DNA of 64,000 bases from Candidatus Woesebacteria bacterium (GTDB lineage: Bacteria > Patescibacteriota > Microgenomatia > UBA1400 > UBA1396), in the NCBI GenBank assembly GCA_963749595.1, contig CAVVNJ010000009.1:65380-129379 (forward strand), in the 5' to 3' direction. Position 1 is the first letter of the stretch. The number at the start of each line of letters is the position of its first letter. Position numbers and translations under genes: made by a program. The notes beneath the pieces are model-generated. The model had not been told where the DNA came from and searched no databases. It saw only the letters and a list, made by a program, of their open reading frames with translations. Positions 44,080 through 54,113 of this stretch are shown in pieces.

Positions 44080-45972
44080 ATGTCCAAGATTATTGGCATC
44101 GATTTAGGAACGACGAACTCCGCGATCGCGGTGATGCAAGCCGGCAAAGCGGTCATTATCCCGACTTCGGAAGGGCGCAATACCTTTCCTTCCATCGTGG
44201 AACCGGTCAAGCAATTGGTCGGTGATTCGGCCAAGCGCCAGATGGTGCTGAATCCTAAGAACACGGTCATGTCGGTGAAGCGCCTGATGGGCCGCCGCTT
44301 TGAGGATAAGGAAGTCCAGAAAGCCAAAGAGCATTTTGCCTATACCATTGTTAAAGGTAAAGACGGGTTGGCTGATGTCGAGATCGATGGTCGCCAATAT
44401 ACGCCGCAGGAAATTTCGGCCAAGGTGCTGCAAAAAGCCAAGGCGGACGCCGAGGCCTTTTTGGGCGAAACAGTCGATCGGGCCGTGATCACGGTTCCGG
44501 CTTACTTTGACGACTCGCAGCGTCAGGCTACCAAACAAGCCGGCGAGATTGCCGGGCTGAAAGTCGAGCGCATTTTGAACGAACCGACCGCCGCCTCGCT
44601 GGCGTACGGCTTGGATAAGAAAAATAACGAAACCATCGCCGTGTACGATCTTGGCGGCGGCACCTTTGATATTTCCATTTTGGAAATAGGCGAGGGTGTA
44701 TTCGAAGTTAAGTCGACTAACGGCGATACCTTTTTGGGCGGTGACGACTTTGATGCTGTGATCATCCAGTGGATTGTGTCCGAATTCAAAAAAGAAAACG
44801 GGGTCGATCTGGGCAAAGACCGCCAGGCGCTGCAGCGTATCCGCGACGCGGCCGAAAAAGCCAAGATCGAGCTGTCTTCCGCGGTGGAGACGGAAATCAA
44901 TCAACCTTTTATCACGCAGGGCGCCGATGGTCCGTTGCATCTGACGCTGACTTTGACCCGCGCCAAGCTCGAGGAGCTGGTGGCCGAGTTGATCACTAAA
45001 ACTTTCGGTCCGGTCAAGCAAGCCCTCAATGACGCTGGCGTTTCCGCGTCCGACATCAACGAGGTAGTGCTGGTGGGTGGCATGACCCGCATGCCCAAGG
45101 TGATCGAAGAAGTGGAAAAATTCTTTGGCAAGAAACCCAATAAGAGCGTTAACCCCGATGAAGTCGTGGCGCTGGGCGCGGCCATTCAGGGCGGCGTCAT
45201 CACTGGTGATGTTCATGACATTGTTTTGTTGGACGTTACGCCCCTGACCCTGGGTCTGGAAACTTTGGGTGGGGTGCGCACGGCCCTGATCCCGCGCAAC
45301 ACCACCGTGCCAACCAGCAAATCGCAGGTCTTTTCCACGGCGGCGGACAACCAGACGCAGGTGGAAATCCACGTCTTGCAGGGTGAGCGCGAAATGGCGG
45401 CGGACAATAAGTCGCTCGGACGATTCATTCTTGACGGCATCCCGCCGGCGCAACGCGGTATGCCTCAGATCGAGGTCGCCTTTGACATTGATAGCAATGG
45501 CATTTTGCACGTAGCGGCCAAGGATAAGAACACCGGCAAGGACGCCAAGATCACGATCCAGAACGCCACCAACTTGTCCGAGGAAGAGGTCGAAAAGATG
45601 AAGGCCGAGGCCGAAAAGTACGCCGAGGAAGACAAACGCAAGCGCGAAAATGTGGAGGCCCGTAACCACGCCCAGGGCGTGGCGGCCGAGATCGGTAAAC
45701 AGCTCAAGGAATACGGCGACAAACTGGAAGACGCCGACAAAACCAAGATCGAGGAGTCGGTGAAGAAACTGGAAGAGCTGGCTCAGGATCAGGAAGCGTC
45801 CAAGGAAACGATCGATAAAGCGATTGAGGAAACTTTCGCGGCGGCGCAGAAAATCGGTGAGGTCATGCAAAAGGCCCAAGCTGAAGCGCCCAAGGCGGAA
45901 GAAAAATCCGAGACCAAGCCCGAGGATGACAAGGGTAAGGCCGAGGAAGGCGAGGTTGTCGACGGCGAGTAA
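44080..45972 (+). CDS. dnaK: molecular chaperone DnaK (Hsp70)
   Basis: [27 protein letters not shown] and [11 protein letters not shown] are Hsp70 signatures. Confidence 0.98.
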   Translation: MSKIIGIDLGTTNSAIAVMQAGKAVIIPTSEGRNTFPSIVEPVKQLVGDSAKRQMVLNPKNTVMSVKRLMGRRFEDKEVQKAKEHFAYTIVKGKDGLADVEIDGRQYTPQEISAKVLQKAKADAEAFLGETVDRAVITVPAYFDDSQRQATKQAGEIAGLKVERILNEPTAASLAYGLDKKNNETIAVYDLGGGTFDISILEIGEGVFEVKSTNGDTFLGGDDFDAVIIQWIVSEFKKENGVDLGKDRQALQRIRDAAEKAKIELSSAVETEINQPFITQGADGPLHLTLTLTRAKLEELVAELITKTFGPVKQALNDAGVSASDINEVVLVGGMTRMPKVIEEVEKFFGKKPNKSVNPDEVVALGAAIQGGVITGDVHDIVLLDVTPLTLGLETLGGVRTALIPRNTTVPTSKSQVFSTAADNQTQVEIHVLQGEREMAADNKSLGRFILDGIPPAQRGMPQIEVAFDIDSNGILHVAAKDKNTGKDAKITIQNATNLSEEEVEKMKAEAEKYAEEDKRKRENVEARNHAQGVAAEIGKQLKEYGDKLEDADKTKIEESVKKLEELAQDQEASKETIDKAIEETFAAAQKIGEVMQKAQAEAPKAEEKSETKPEDDKGKAEEGEVVDGE

Positions 45973-45988
45973 GCGCGACGAATAAACC

Positions 45989-46843
45989 ATGGCGACTAAA
46001 CGTGATTTCTACGAAGTTCTCGGCGTCGCCCGATCGGCCACCAAGGACGAGATCAAAAAGGCCTACCGCAAGCTGGCCTTAAAGTTCCATCCTGATCGCA
46101 ACAAAGAAGCTGACGCCGAACAGAAGTTCAAAGAAATTAATGCCGCTTATGAGGTCTTAAGTGACGAGCAGAAGCGGGCCGCCTACGATCAGTACGGCCA
46201 CGCCGCGTTCGACCAAGCCGCTGGCATGGGTGGCGGCAATCCCTTTGGTGGGTTTGCTGGCGGCCCGTTCCGCTACACCTATTCCGCCGGCGGGGAAAAC
46301 CCGTTCGCCGGTTTCGGTTTTGACGCCTCCGATCCGTTTGAAATTTTCGAGCAGTTTTTCGGTGGCGGATTCGGTGGTGCCCGGCGGAAACAACGCTATG
46401 CCTTGACGGTTAGTTTTGACGAGGCCGTGCATGGCACGGAAAAGAAAGTCCAGATCGACGGCAAGCAACACACCATTAAGGTTCCTGCTGGCGCTGACGA
46501 TGGGACTCGGATGCGTTTCGAAGACTTCGATGTCACCATTCAGGTCCGACCTGATCCGCGGTTCCGTCGCGAGGGATATGACGTGGTTACAGAAACCGAA
46601 GTCGATTTTCTGACCGCCTTACTCGGCGGGGAAGTCGAGGTGCCAACGCTGGAAAAACCGCTGCGGGTGAAAATCAGGCCGGGCACGCAATCTCACACTC
46701 TAATGCGTTTGCGCGGCAATGGCGTGCCCCATCTGCGGGGCTCCGGACACGGTGATCTATATGTCCGGCTACTGGTCAAGATTCCGGAAAAATTGTCCCG
46801 CGAACAGAAAAAAGCCCTTGAAAGCGTGCGAAATCTCTTCTAG
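45989..46843 (+). CDS. dnaJ: J-domain co-chaperone DnaJ/CbpA type, lacking the Cys-rich zinc-finger domain
   Basis: J domain with the HPD motif (KFHPDRNK), a G/F region and C-terminal substrate-binding domains. No CxxCxGxG repeats are present; the protein has no Cys at all. Confidence 0.85.
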   Translation: MATKRDFYEVLGVARSATKDEIKKAYRKLALKFHPDRNKEADAEQKFKEINAAYEVLSDEQKRAAYDQYGHAAFDQAAGMGGGNPFGGFAGGPFRYTYSAGGENPFAGFGFDASDPFEIFEQFFGGGFGGARRKQRYALTVSFDEAVHGTEKKVQIDGKQHTIKVPAGADDGTRMRFEDFDVTIQVRPDPRFRREGYDVVTETEVDFLTALLGGEVEVPTLEKPLRVKIRPGTQSHTLMRLRGNGVPHLRGSGHGDLYVRLLVKIPEKLSREQKKALESVRNLF

Positions 46844-46854
46844 ACTGATTTCGT

Positions 46855-47973
46855 ATGCCCAAATTACTGGTTCAATTTACCCAAACCCTGTTACTCGCTT
46901 TATGCTTTCTCGCGCTTGGCATAAAACCGGTCCAAGCCCAGACTGCGGCGGTTGCGGTCGATGATCTGGAACTACTTAATGACGGCCCACATTTTTTTGC
47001 CGATAAAACTGTAACTCTGGATCAGGATTACACCGGTTCGGTCTACGCTTTTGGCGGTGAAGTTAGGTTAACCGGCCTGGTTGATGGCGATTTGATCGTC
47101 GCCGGCGGCAGCGTGACGATTGATGGCTCGGTTTTGGGTGACGTTTACGCCGCCGGCGGGACCGTGGTCGTCAATGGCGACATCGGTGGCAACCTAACCG
47201 TTGGCGGTGGGGAGGTGCAACTTACTTCCTCAGGCGAGGTGGCCGGGGCCGTGATCGCTGGATCCGGTAATTATCGTCAGGAAGGCAACGTGCTGGGTGA
47301 TCTAAAGCTTGGGGCCAAGACCGCGTTATTGGCTGGCATGGTCGGTCAAACGGCTACGTTGCAGGCCGAAAAATTAACGGTCGCCGATCAAGCCGTAATT
47401 GGTGAGGACTTAAAGGCGCAAATCGGTAAGGAGTCCATGGTTAGTGACCAAGCCCAGATTACCGGCGAGCGTTCAGTCGAGATTAGACCGGATAAGTTGA
47501 CGAAGACTCAGCCTGGCAAAATGGCGAAAGTGTCTTGGTCGGGAAAGTGGTTATTTAGCTTGGTTGGTCGGGTCATCGTGATGCTGCTGGCCGTCGCTCT
47601 GTTTGGCGAAACCCTCAAGAAAGCTGGCACGGTCTTTGATCGCCGCTGGCCGGATGCACTTTGGAAAGGCGCTGCGTTCTTAGTACTGATTCCCTTTGGC
47701 ATTCTGACTTTGATGCTCACGATTATCGGTTTGCCGGCGGCTTTGTTAATAGGCATGGTTTATGGTCTGGTTCTTTTGACCGCCTGGGTGGTGCCAGGGT
47801 ATTGGCTGGGCCGCTTATTAGTGCCCAAGGTTTCGCCCTATGCTCAAGGGACGGTGGGGGCGCTGATTCTTAGTATTGTGGTCCATCTCCCGATTCTGGG
47901 AATGATCGCCAGTTTGTTGCTGGCGGTTCTGGGGACCGGGGCCCTCATCGACTTATGGCGCCGAGGCAAGTAA
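46855..47973 (+). CDS. secreted/membrane protein with bactofilin-like beta-helix repeats and a C-terminal 4-TM domain
   Basis: A signal peptide is followed by degenerate repeats (GDLIVAGGSVTIDGSVLGDVYAAGGTVVVNGDIGGNLTVGGGEV) and then hydrophobic helices. Confidence 0.45.
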   Translation: MPKLLVQFTQTLLLALCFLALGIKPVQAQTAAVAVDDLELLNDGPHFFADKTVTLDQDYTGSVYAFGGEVRLTGLVDGDLIVAGGSVTIDGSVLGDVYAAGGTVVVNGDIGGNLTVGGGEVQLTSSGEVAGAVIAGSGNYRQEGNVLGDLKLGAKTALLAGMVGQTATLQAEKLTVADQAVIGEDLKAQIGKESMVSDQAQITGERSVEIRPDKLTKTQPGKMAKVSWSGKWLFSLVGRVIVMLLAVALFGETLKKAGTVFDRRWPDALWKGAAFLVLIPFGILTLMLTIIGLPAALLIGMVYGLVLLTAWVVPGYWLGRLLVPKVSPYAQGTVGALILSIVVHLPILGMIASLLLAVLGTGALIDLWRRGK

Positions 47974-47980
47974 GTTAATT

Positions 47981-47989
47981 TGCTATACT
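47981..47989 (+). promoter_or_regulatory. extended -10 promoter placed for a leaderless transcript of ORF 47996
   Basis: TGcTATACT, then 6 nt (gccgcc), then ATG. No SD is present. Confidence 0.45.
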
Positions 47990-47995
47990 GCCGCC

Positions 47996-48436
47996 ATGAC
48001 CCATCCCGAAACCCGTTCTCATGACGAAACGATGAAGATCGTGGCTGAGCTGGCTTTGGCCATTGCCGAAAATAATCGGGAGCTGATCGCTGAGTTGGGC
48101 GAGCAGTTGGCTGGAAAAAGAAAGCCTTATGTCCGACCGGATTTTGAACAACCTACTAATCCAGCCAGGTTTGAGGTAACTAGACGGGTATTGCTATTAC
48201 GCCGATTTGCCGAAGATGAGTTGGTCGCGGAGTATCGATATTTACCGGAAGATGTTACCAGTGCCTTGCAGGAATTGCTCGACTTAGGGTACATCGTGAT
48301 TGACCCAACCGCCCCCACGGATGGTCGGGTTCATTATTGTCTGACCGATGATCGGAATAAACGACTGGAGCTTTCCCGCAGCATTGAAGCGGTGTTTTAT
48401 CGGGAGCTTCCCGAATCCGAATATCGACACCGGTAA
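47996..48436 (+). CDS. hypothetical protein (146 aa)
   Basis: The composition looks coding and matches neighbouring genes. I recognise no motif. Confidence 0.4.
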   Translation: MTHPETRSHDETMKIVAELALAIAENNRELIAELGEQLAGKRKPYVRPDFEQPTNPARFEVTRRVLLLRRFAEDELVAEYRYLPEDVTSALQELLDLGYIVIDPTAPTDGRVHYCLTDDRNKRLELSRSIEAVFYRELPESEYRHR

Positions 48437-48502
48437 GTAACACCCAGTTTCCCTTTTCCCCCATTTTTGTGTATAATGTGAACGTCCTTGATCAGTTCTC
48501 GA

Positions 48503-48524
48503 GGCGGGTGTTCCCGCCTTTTTT
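48503..48524 (+). terminator. intrinsic terminator inside the nusA leader
   Basis: GGCGGG-tgtt-CCCGCC followed by T6. It is nested in an outer stem (ACGTCCTT at 48482-89 pairing with AAGGACGT at 48530-37). It lies downstream of a TATAAT box at 48472-77. Confidence 0.6.
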
Positions 48525-48565
48525 ACTAAAAGGACGTCAAAATTGGGTTAACAAGGGAGTAAAAC

Positions 48566-49811
48566 ATGTCGAACAGCATGATTAAAAGCGGTTTTCTGGC
48601 CTTGCTGGAGCAAGTCGCCAAGGAACGCAATATTTCCGTCGATAAAGTCATCGAGTCCATTGAGCAGGCCATTGAAGCGGCTTTGCGCAAGGATCGTCCG
48701 GAGTTGTTTGAGGACGAGGAACTGGACGAAGAGGGCAATGTCATTCCCGGTAAGGTTCGTTTTCAAGTCGAGCTTGATCGAGCCGAGGGTTCCGCCCGCA
48801 TTTTCCGGATTGAAGAAGACAAAAAAGAGGACGTTACTCCCGCCGGTTTTGGTCGGATTGCTTCTCAGACTGCCAAGAACGTGATTTTCCAAAAAGTGCG
48901 CGAAGCCGAGCGTGATGCGCTGATCTCTGACTTTTCCGATCGGCTGGGAACCTTGAGCCAAGGCTTAATTGTTCGCTATGACGGCAAAAACGCCATCGTC
49001 GATCTGGGTCGGGGCCAGGCGATTATGCCTCCGGAAGAACAGATGCGTGGTGAGTTTTACAAGCCCAACATGCGGATTACGGTTCTGATCAAAGAAATTC
49101 GCGAAACCTTTCGCGGCAAGCAGATTGTTGTCTCCCGGGCCGACAAAGATTTGATCGTCAAGTTGTTTGAGCGGGAAGTTCCCGAATTGGCTTCCGGTGC
49201 GGTTCAGATCAAGGGCCTGGCTCGTGAAGCGGGCGTGCGCACCAAGATTGCGGTTTATTCCGACCAGTCCGGCGTTGATCCGGTTGGTTCCTGTGTTGGT
49301 CAGCGCGGTGTCCGGGTGCAAGAAGTCATTCGCGAAGTAAATAATGAAAAGATTGACATCATTCAGTACTCCCCTGATATGCGGCTTTACTTGGCCGCGG
49401 CCTTGGGACCAGCGGAATCGTTGGTCATTGAGGTGGACGAGAAAAATCGTCGTGCGATAGTAATTGCCCCTGACGATCAGCTCCCGCTGGCCATTGGCCG
49501 CGGCGGACAAAACGTTCGGTTGGCGGCTAAGCTGACCGACTTTGAGATTACCGTCAAGTCAGCCACCGGCAAACAGGAGGCCAAAGTGACCGGTCAGGAA
49601 GAATACGAAATCGATCAAGTTGCCGGCCTGAAGGACGAGACCCGGACCTATCTGATTGAAAATCGCGTAACGACTCTAGAGGACCTGCGCCGTAAATGGC
49701 AGGATGAGCGTTTCTTGTCCGGTTTAGAACCCGACCAAAAGGCTGCTTTTGGATCCGGCCGTCAAAGCCTACATTGCCCAACTTGAGGCCACTGAAAGAA
49801 TCGAAAAATAA
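48566..49811 (+). pseudogene. nusA: transcription termination/antitermination factor NusA, with a probable frameshift about 55 nt before the stop
   Basis: S1 and KH domains are present (…VSRADKDLIVKLFEREVPEL…, GQRGVRVQEVIRE, GRGGQNVRLAAKLT). After about 49750 the alternative frame reads DPAVKAYIAQLEATERIEK* and ends at 49811, just before the infB RBS. Confidence 0.85.
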
Positions 49812-49822
49812 GGACGAAAACT

Positions 49823-51248
49823 ATGGCTTTACAGCCGCGACCGCCAGTTGTCACCATCATGGGACACGTTGACCACGGGAAGACGTCCTTGTTGGACTTC
49901 ATCCGTCAAACTCGGGTTGCGGCTGGTGAGGCGGGGGGCATTACCCAACATATCGGTGCCTATCAAGCCGAGTTTAATGGTCAGAAAATCACTTTCATTG
50001 ATACTCCCGGACATGCCGCTTTTTCGAAAATGCGTTCCCGCGGCGCGGCGATCACGGACATTGTAGTTTTGGTCGTCGCTGCCGATGACGGTGTGATGCC
50101 GCAAACCGTTGAGTCAATTCAACATATCAAAACCGCCGGCGTGCCTCTCATCGTGGCGATTAACAAAATCGACGTCCAGGGTGCCTCACCGGAAATGGTC
50201 AAAGCGCAATTGGCCGAAAAGGAAATTTACGTCAGTGGTTACGGCGGCGACGTCGAAGCGATTGAATTATCCGCCAAAACCGGCCAAGGCGTGGACAAGC
50301 TTTTGGAAACTTTAGTGGTCATGGGCGAAGTGCTTGAGCTCAAGGCTGATCCCGAGGGTGAGCTACAGGGCGTCGTGATTGAGTCCAGCAAGCATAAGTT
50401 CCGCGGACCGGTGGCCACGGTTCTCATCCAAAACGGTACTCTCCGGCCGCACGCCACAATTTTTGCCGATGATATCGCTTGTTCCGTACGGACAATGACC
50501 GATGCCGTCGGTCAGTTGATTGAGGCGGCCGGCCCTTCTTTGCCAGTAGAGGTTGCTGGTTTTGACAGCGTCCCGCCAGTGGGCGCTTCCATAACTCGTC
50601 AGGAACATTCCGTTGTCGCCGTCGCTAAAGCCGCGCCGTTGATGATTCCCTCAATTGAAGAGGCGTCTAAACTTCGCTTAATTATCAAAGCCGATTTTGT
50701 TGGTACTTTAGAAGCGATTCGCCAGAATTTGGTGTCTGACAACCTGGAAATTATCGGTACCGGCATCGGTGACGTGAACGAATCGGACGTGATCTTGGCG
50801 GAGACGACAAAAGCGAGAATCGTTACTTTCCAGACTAAGGCTCCCGGTCCGATTAAAAAATTGGCTGAGAGGCTCGGGCGTAAAAATCAAGCAATACCAG
50901 ATCATTTACGATTTATTGGAAGACCTGCAAAAGCAGTTGTTACATCTTTTGGCGCCTGAGATTAATGAAAAAGAAACCGGGAAAGCGGAAATTATTCAGA
51001 TTTTTTCCATTCGCGGCGAGCAAATTTTGGGCTGCCGGGTGCAGACTGGTGTGTTGCGCAAAGGTGATTTGGTTCATCTCAAGCGCGCCGACCAGCTCCT
51101 GGCTGACGCTAAGGTGGTCTCACTCAAGCAGGGAAAAACTGACATCGACAGCGTTTCCGAGAACGTTGAATTTGGCCTCGTGCTGGATAAGCCAGCCACC
51201 GTGGTCGTGGGAGACGTTGTTTTGGCCTACCAAATAGTTGAAGATTAA
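49823..51248 (+). pseudogene. infB: translation initiation factor IF-2 (short form starting at the G domain), with an apparent frameshift near 50875
   Basis: PRPPVVTIMGHVDHGKTSLLD and DTPGH lie in ORF 49823-50959. The conserved C-terminus GVKIKQYQIIYDLLEDLQKQL...VLAYQIVED lies in ORF 50916-51248. One extra G in CTCGGGCG explains the shift. Confidence 0.9.
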
Positions 51249-51294
51249 CGGCCGATAGCTTTCGTTTTTATTTTTTTCGGGTAGAATACACTAT

Positions 51295-52290
51295 ATGCAG
51301 AACAATCTGGATCTTTCCGCCCTAGCGGCGGTTTACGAAAAAGCCCAAAGCGTGGTTTGTTTTGTCCATCCCCAAGCGACTTATGACGCGGTGGCGGCAG
51401 CCTTGGCGCTGCGGATTGCTTTCCGCGAGGCCGGCAAATCCTGCGAGGTGGTTTGTGAGGAGCCGATGCGGGTGGAGTTTTCGCGCTTAGTTGACGTTGA
51501 TACGATTCATTCTGAAGCCGGCAACCGCGACCTGGTCTTGTCCTTTGCCTATAGTGAGGAACAGGTCGATAAAGTCAGCTATAACGTAGATGAGGATAGC
51601 AAGCGTTTTGAGTTGGTGATTTCTCCCAAAACCGGCGGTCAGCCGTTGGATCCCAGCACAATTGAGTTTCGTCGGGCCGGGTTTGCGGCGGACGTGATTT
51701 TCCTGTTTGGTTATCACGGCTTGGCCGAGTTGGGCGGAATCTACGAACGAGAAAAATACGCCATTGACAGCGCCTACTCCGTGGCCGTGACCCAGAATAA
51801 AATTCCCGGTTATGCCAAGCTGCATCTAACTTTGCAACCCGAGCATCTGTCTTATTCCGAGCTGGTCTATTTCATTGTTCGACAGCTGCAGATTGCGGAG
51901 GTTAAGGACGATTTGGCGACCAATCTTTTAGCCGGTATTGAATATGCTACGGATCGTTTGGTTCAGCCCAATCTCTCTCCGCGCACTTTTGAAACAGTCG
52001 CTAATTTGATGCGCCGTGGTGCTCGCCGTGATCCTAATAACCCGGCGTTCCAATTCTTGGGTCAACCCATTCGTCAGTCTCAGGAGCCGCAGTTTGAAGG
52101 CGGCGAGCAGGAATGGAATCTGCCCAACCTTCAACCGCAAACGATGCGGGTTGGGGGCATGGGAGCGGCTAAAGCGCCAGCTTTTTCGGGACAAGCGATG
52201 CCCCAGTTTGCACCGTCGGCTCCGACTGACGTCGCACCGCAAACCGTCTCAGCCAGCGATTTTGCCCGCGCGATGTCCAGCCGCTCTTAA
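51295..52290 (+). CDS. degenerate DHH/NrnA-like protein (catalytic motifs not conserved)
   Basis: Its position after infB and the segments VCFVHPQATYDAVAAALAL and LLAGIEYATDRL resemble DHH motif I and the DHHA1 region. The DHH histidines are absent. Confidence 0.35.
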   Translation: MQNNLDLSALAAVYEKAQSVVCFVHPQATYDAVAAALALRIAFREAGKSCEVVCEEPMRVEFSRLVDVDTIHSEAGNRDLVLSFAYSEEQVDKVSYNVDEDSKRFELVISPKTGGQPLDPSTIEFRRAGFAADVIFLFGYHGLAELGGIYEREKYAIDSAYSVAVTQNKIPGYAKLHLTLQPEHLSYSELVYFIVRQLQIAEVKDDLATNLLAGIEYATDRLVQPNLSPRTFETVANLMRRGARRDPNNPAFQFLGQPIRQSQEPQFEGGEQEWNLPNLQPQTMRVGGMGAAKAPAFSGQAMPQFAPSAPTDVAPQTVSASDFARAMSSRS

Positions 52291-53367
52291 TTAAGCGGTC
52301 TTGGTGGCGGCTTTAGCCTGTTTTGAGGCCTTGATGTGCTCCCAGACTTTGCGCTTAATTTCTTCCATGAGTTTGGGATCTTCTTCCAGCACCGCTTTGG
52401 CGTTATCGCGTCCTTGAGCCAGAGTTTGGCCGTTGTACTTGAAGAACGCGCCCGCTTTTTCCACGATATTCATTTCCGTGGCAACGTCCAGTACGCCGCC
52501 GGATTGGGAAATGCCGGAATCAACCATCATGTCGAATTCGGTGGTCCGGAAAGGTGGAGCCACTTTATTTTTGACGATCCGGGCGCGGTGGCGGGTGCCG
52601 ACGGTAGTGTCGCCTTCCTGAATGTTGCCGATCTTGCGCATGTCGATTCGCACCGAAGCGTAAAACTTCAGAGCTTGACCACCGGCAGTCACTTCCGGAT
52701 TGCCAAACATCACACCGATTTTCATGCGCAATTGGTTGGTGAAGATGATCACGGTTTGGGATTTACTGATGACGGCGGCCAGTTTGCGCATGGCCTTGGA
52801 CATCAGTCGGGCCTGGGTGCCGACCGAAACATCACTCATTTCACCCTCGATTTCCGACTTGGGGACCAGAGCCGCGACCGAGTCGACGACTAGAACATCG
52901 ATGCCCCCGGAACGGATCAGAGTTTCGGCAATTTCCAGGGCTTGTTCACCATAATCCGGCTGAGAAATCAGCAGTTCTTCTAATTTGACGCCGATGTTTT
53001 TGGCTCGCTCTGGGTCAAGCGCATGCTCGGCATCAATGAACGCCGCTACCCCGCCTAGTTTTTGGGCTTCGGCAATGACATGCAGACAGACGCTGGTTTT
53101 GCCGGAAGCTTCCGGACCGTAGATTTCAACTACTCGGCCACGCGGCAAACCGCCTACGCCCAAGGCCAGATCTAAGGGCAGACACTGCGTCGAGATCACC
53201 GGCATGGTGTACATCTCGTCCAGCTTGCTGCCTAGGCGCATCACCGAGCCTTCACCGTAATCCTTCTGGATTTGTTTTAGCGCGATCTCGATTGCCTCGC
53301 GCCGTTGCTGCTGTTGACTGTCGCCAGCCTTGGGGGCAACGACATTAGCGTCAGAATTTTTTGACAT
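52291..53367 (-). CDS. recA: recombinase RecA
   Basis: Walker [23 protein letters not shown] and [19 protein letters not shown]. An AAGGAG RBS lies 7 nt upstream. Confidence 0.98.
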   Translation of the reverse strand: MSKNSDANVVAPKAGDSQQQQRREAIEIALKQIQKDYGEGSVMRLGSKLDEMYTMPVISTQCLPLDLALGVGGLPRGRVVEIYGPEASGKTSVCLHVIAEAQKLGGVAAFIDAEHALDPERAKNIGVKLEELLISQPDYGEQALEIAETLIRSGGIDVLVVDSVAALVPKSEIEGEMSDVSVGTQARLMSKAMRKLAAVISKSQTVIIFTNQLRMKIGVMFGNPEVTAGGQALKFYASVRIDMRKIGNIQEGDTTVGTRHRARIVKNKVAPPFRTTEFDMMVDSGISQSGGVLDVATEMNIVEKAGAFFKYNGQTLAQGRDNAKAVLEEDPKLMEEIKRKVWEHIKASKQAKAATKTA

Positions 53368-53387
53368 ACCTACTCCTTACTTTTGTA

Positions 53388-53467
53388 GCGGGGATCATCC
53401 TCTTCGAGGAAGACCCCCTTACGGTTTTTAGGCGGGAATCAACCTCTCCCAGGAAGATCCCCTTACG
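53388..53467. repeat. two tandem copies (B and C) of the hairpin/palindrome element also found before recR
   Basis: GCGGGGATCATCCTCTTCGAGGAAGACCCCCTTACG (53388-53423) and GGCGGGAATCAACCTCTCCCAGGAAGATCCCCTTACG (53431-53467). They lie immediately upstream of the recA RBS. Confidence 0.65.
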
Positions 53468-53505
53468 CTTTCCATCCACTATGACAGGCAATTATTACTA
53501 AATTG

Positions 53506-53823
53506 TTACGAAGAAAGGTCTTTTCTTTGAAACTTCGGGAATTTCTCCTGCCAGTCCTTCGCCGTTTGTTTCGTGACCTGCTTGACCGTCTTAGCGGCGG
53601 CCAGCATTTTTTGTTGGTTTTCCGGTTCCAAAAACTCTTCCTTTTGTTTTTCCAGTTGTTGACGGAGCTGCTGCAAAGCCTCGTGCCCCTGTTTGGTGCC
53701 AAACAAGAACATGCCAATGGCGCCGCTCAGCAGGCCGATGAAAAACCCGGTGCCAAAATTACCGCCGTCATTTTCCGTCGATCGAGGGGCAGAACTGGGT
53801 GCGGTTTTGTTATTCTTGCGCAT
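53506..53823 (-). CDS. YtxH-domain protein
   Basis: GFFIGLLSGAIGMFLFGTKQG followed by a charged coiled-coil tail is the typical YtxH layout. Confidence 0.6.
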   Translation of the reverse strand: MRKNNKTAPSSAPRSTENDGGNFGTGFFIGLLSGAIGMFLFGTKQGHEALQQLRQQLEKQKEEFLEPENQQKMLAAAKTVKQVTKQTAKDWQEKFPKFQRKDLSS

Positions 53824-54094
53824 CGTCGTTTTGTCTTTTTACGAAATGGGCGAATGATTCAAACATTTTCATGCCGGTCTTAAGGCCTGCCATCATGCCG
53901 CCCAAATTTTGTAGCGGGGTAAAGGTTTTGGTAATGACGTTATCAATGGTATCGGCGAGTTCATTAAAGCGTTTCAAAGAACGGCGGACTTCCTGCATGA
54001 CCAGAATAGCCTGGACGCCGACCACAATGAGAATCAGCGACAGGATAGCAGCGACGACGGTGAGGACGATGACGAGCGGATCCATATGATTCAT
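53810..54094 (-). CDS. DUF948-like membrane-anchored protein
   Basis: 94 aa with an N-terminal TM helix and a helical domain (VRRSLKRFNELADTIDNV). It is paired with a YtxH gene, as in Firmicutes. Confidence 0.5.
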   Translation of the reverse strand: MNHMDPLVIVLTVVAAILSLILIVVGVQAILVMQEVRRSLKRFNELADTIDNVITKTFTPLQNLGGMMAGLKTGMKMFESFAHFVKRQNDDAQE

Positions 54095-54113
54095 CTAAGC
54101 ATGGATAGGTTAT

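Noticed and set aside
44104-45990. 628-aa ORF antisense to dnaK
   Set aside because: It lies exactly opposite the unambiguous Hsp70 gene. Its translation is Arg/Leu/Gly-rich low-complexity sequence with no motifs. It is a shadow ORF produced by dnaK codon bias.
48548-49510. Minus-strand ORFs opposite nusA (48548-48961, 48965-49510), and 52336-52893 (+) opposite recA
   Set aside because: They are shadow ORFs of strongly conserved genes.
453-51248. Programmed ribosomal frameshifting or an alternative genetic code as the explanation for the split core genes
   Set aside because: There are no shared slippery heptamers, no downstream stimulatory structures and no in-frame stop reassignment pattern. 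The sites sit in short homopolymer runs. One gene needs a compensating +1/-1 pair. Consensus error is more parsimonious, pending read evidence.
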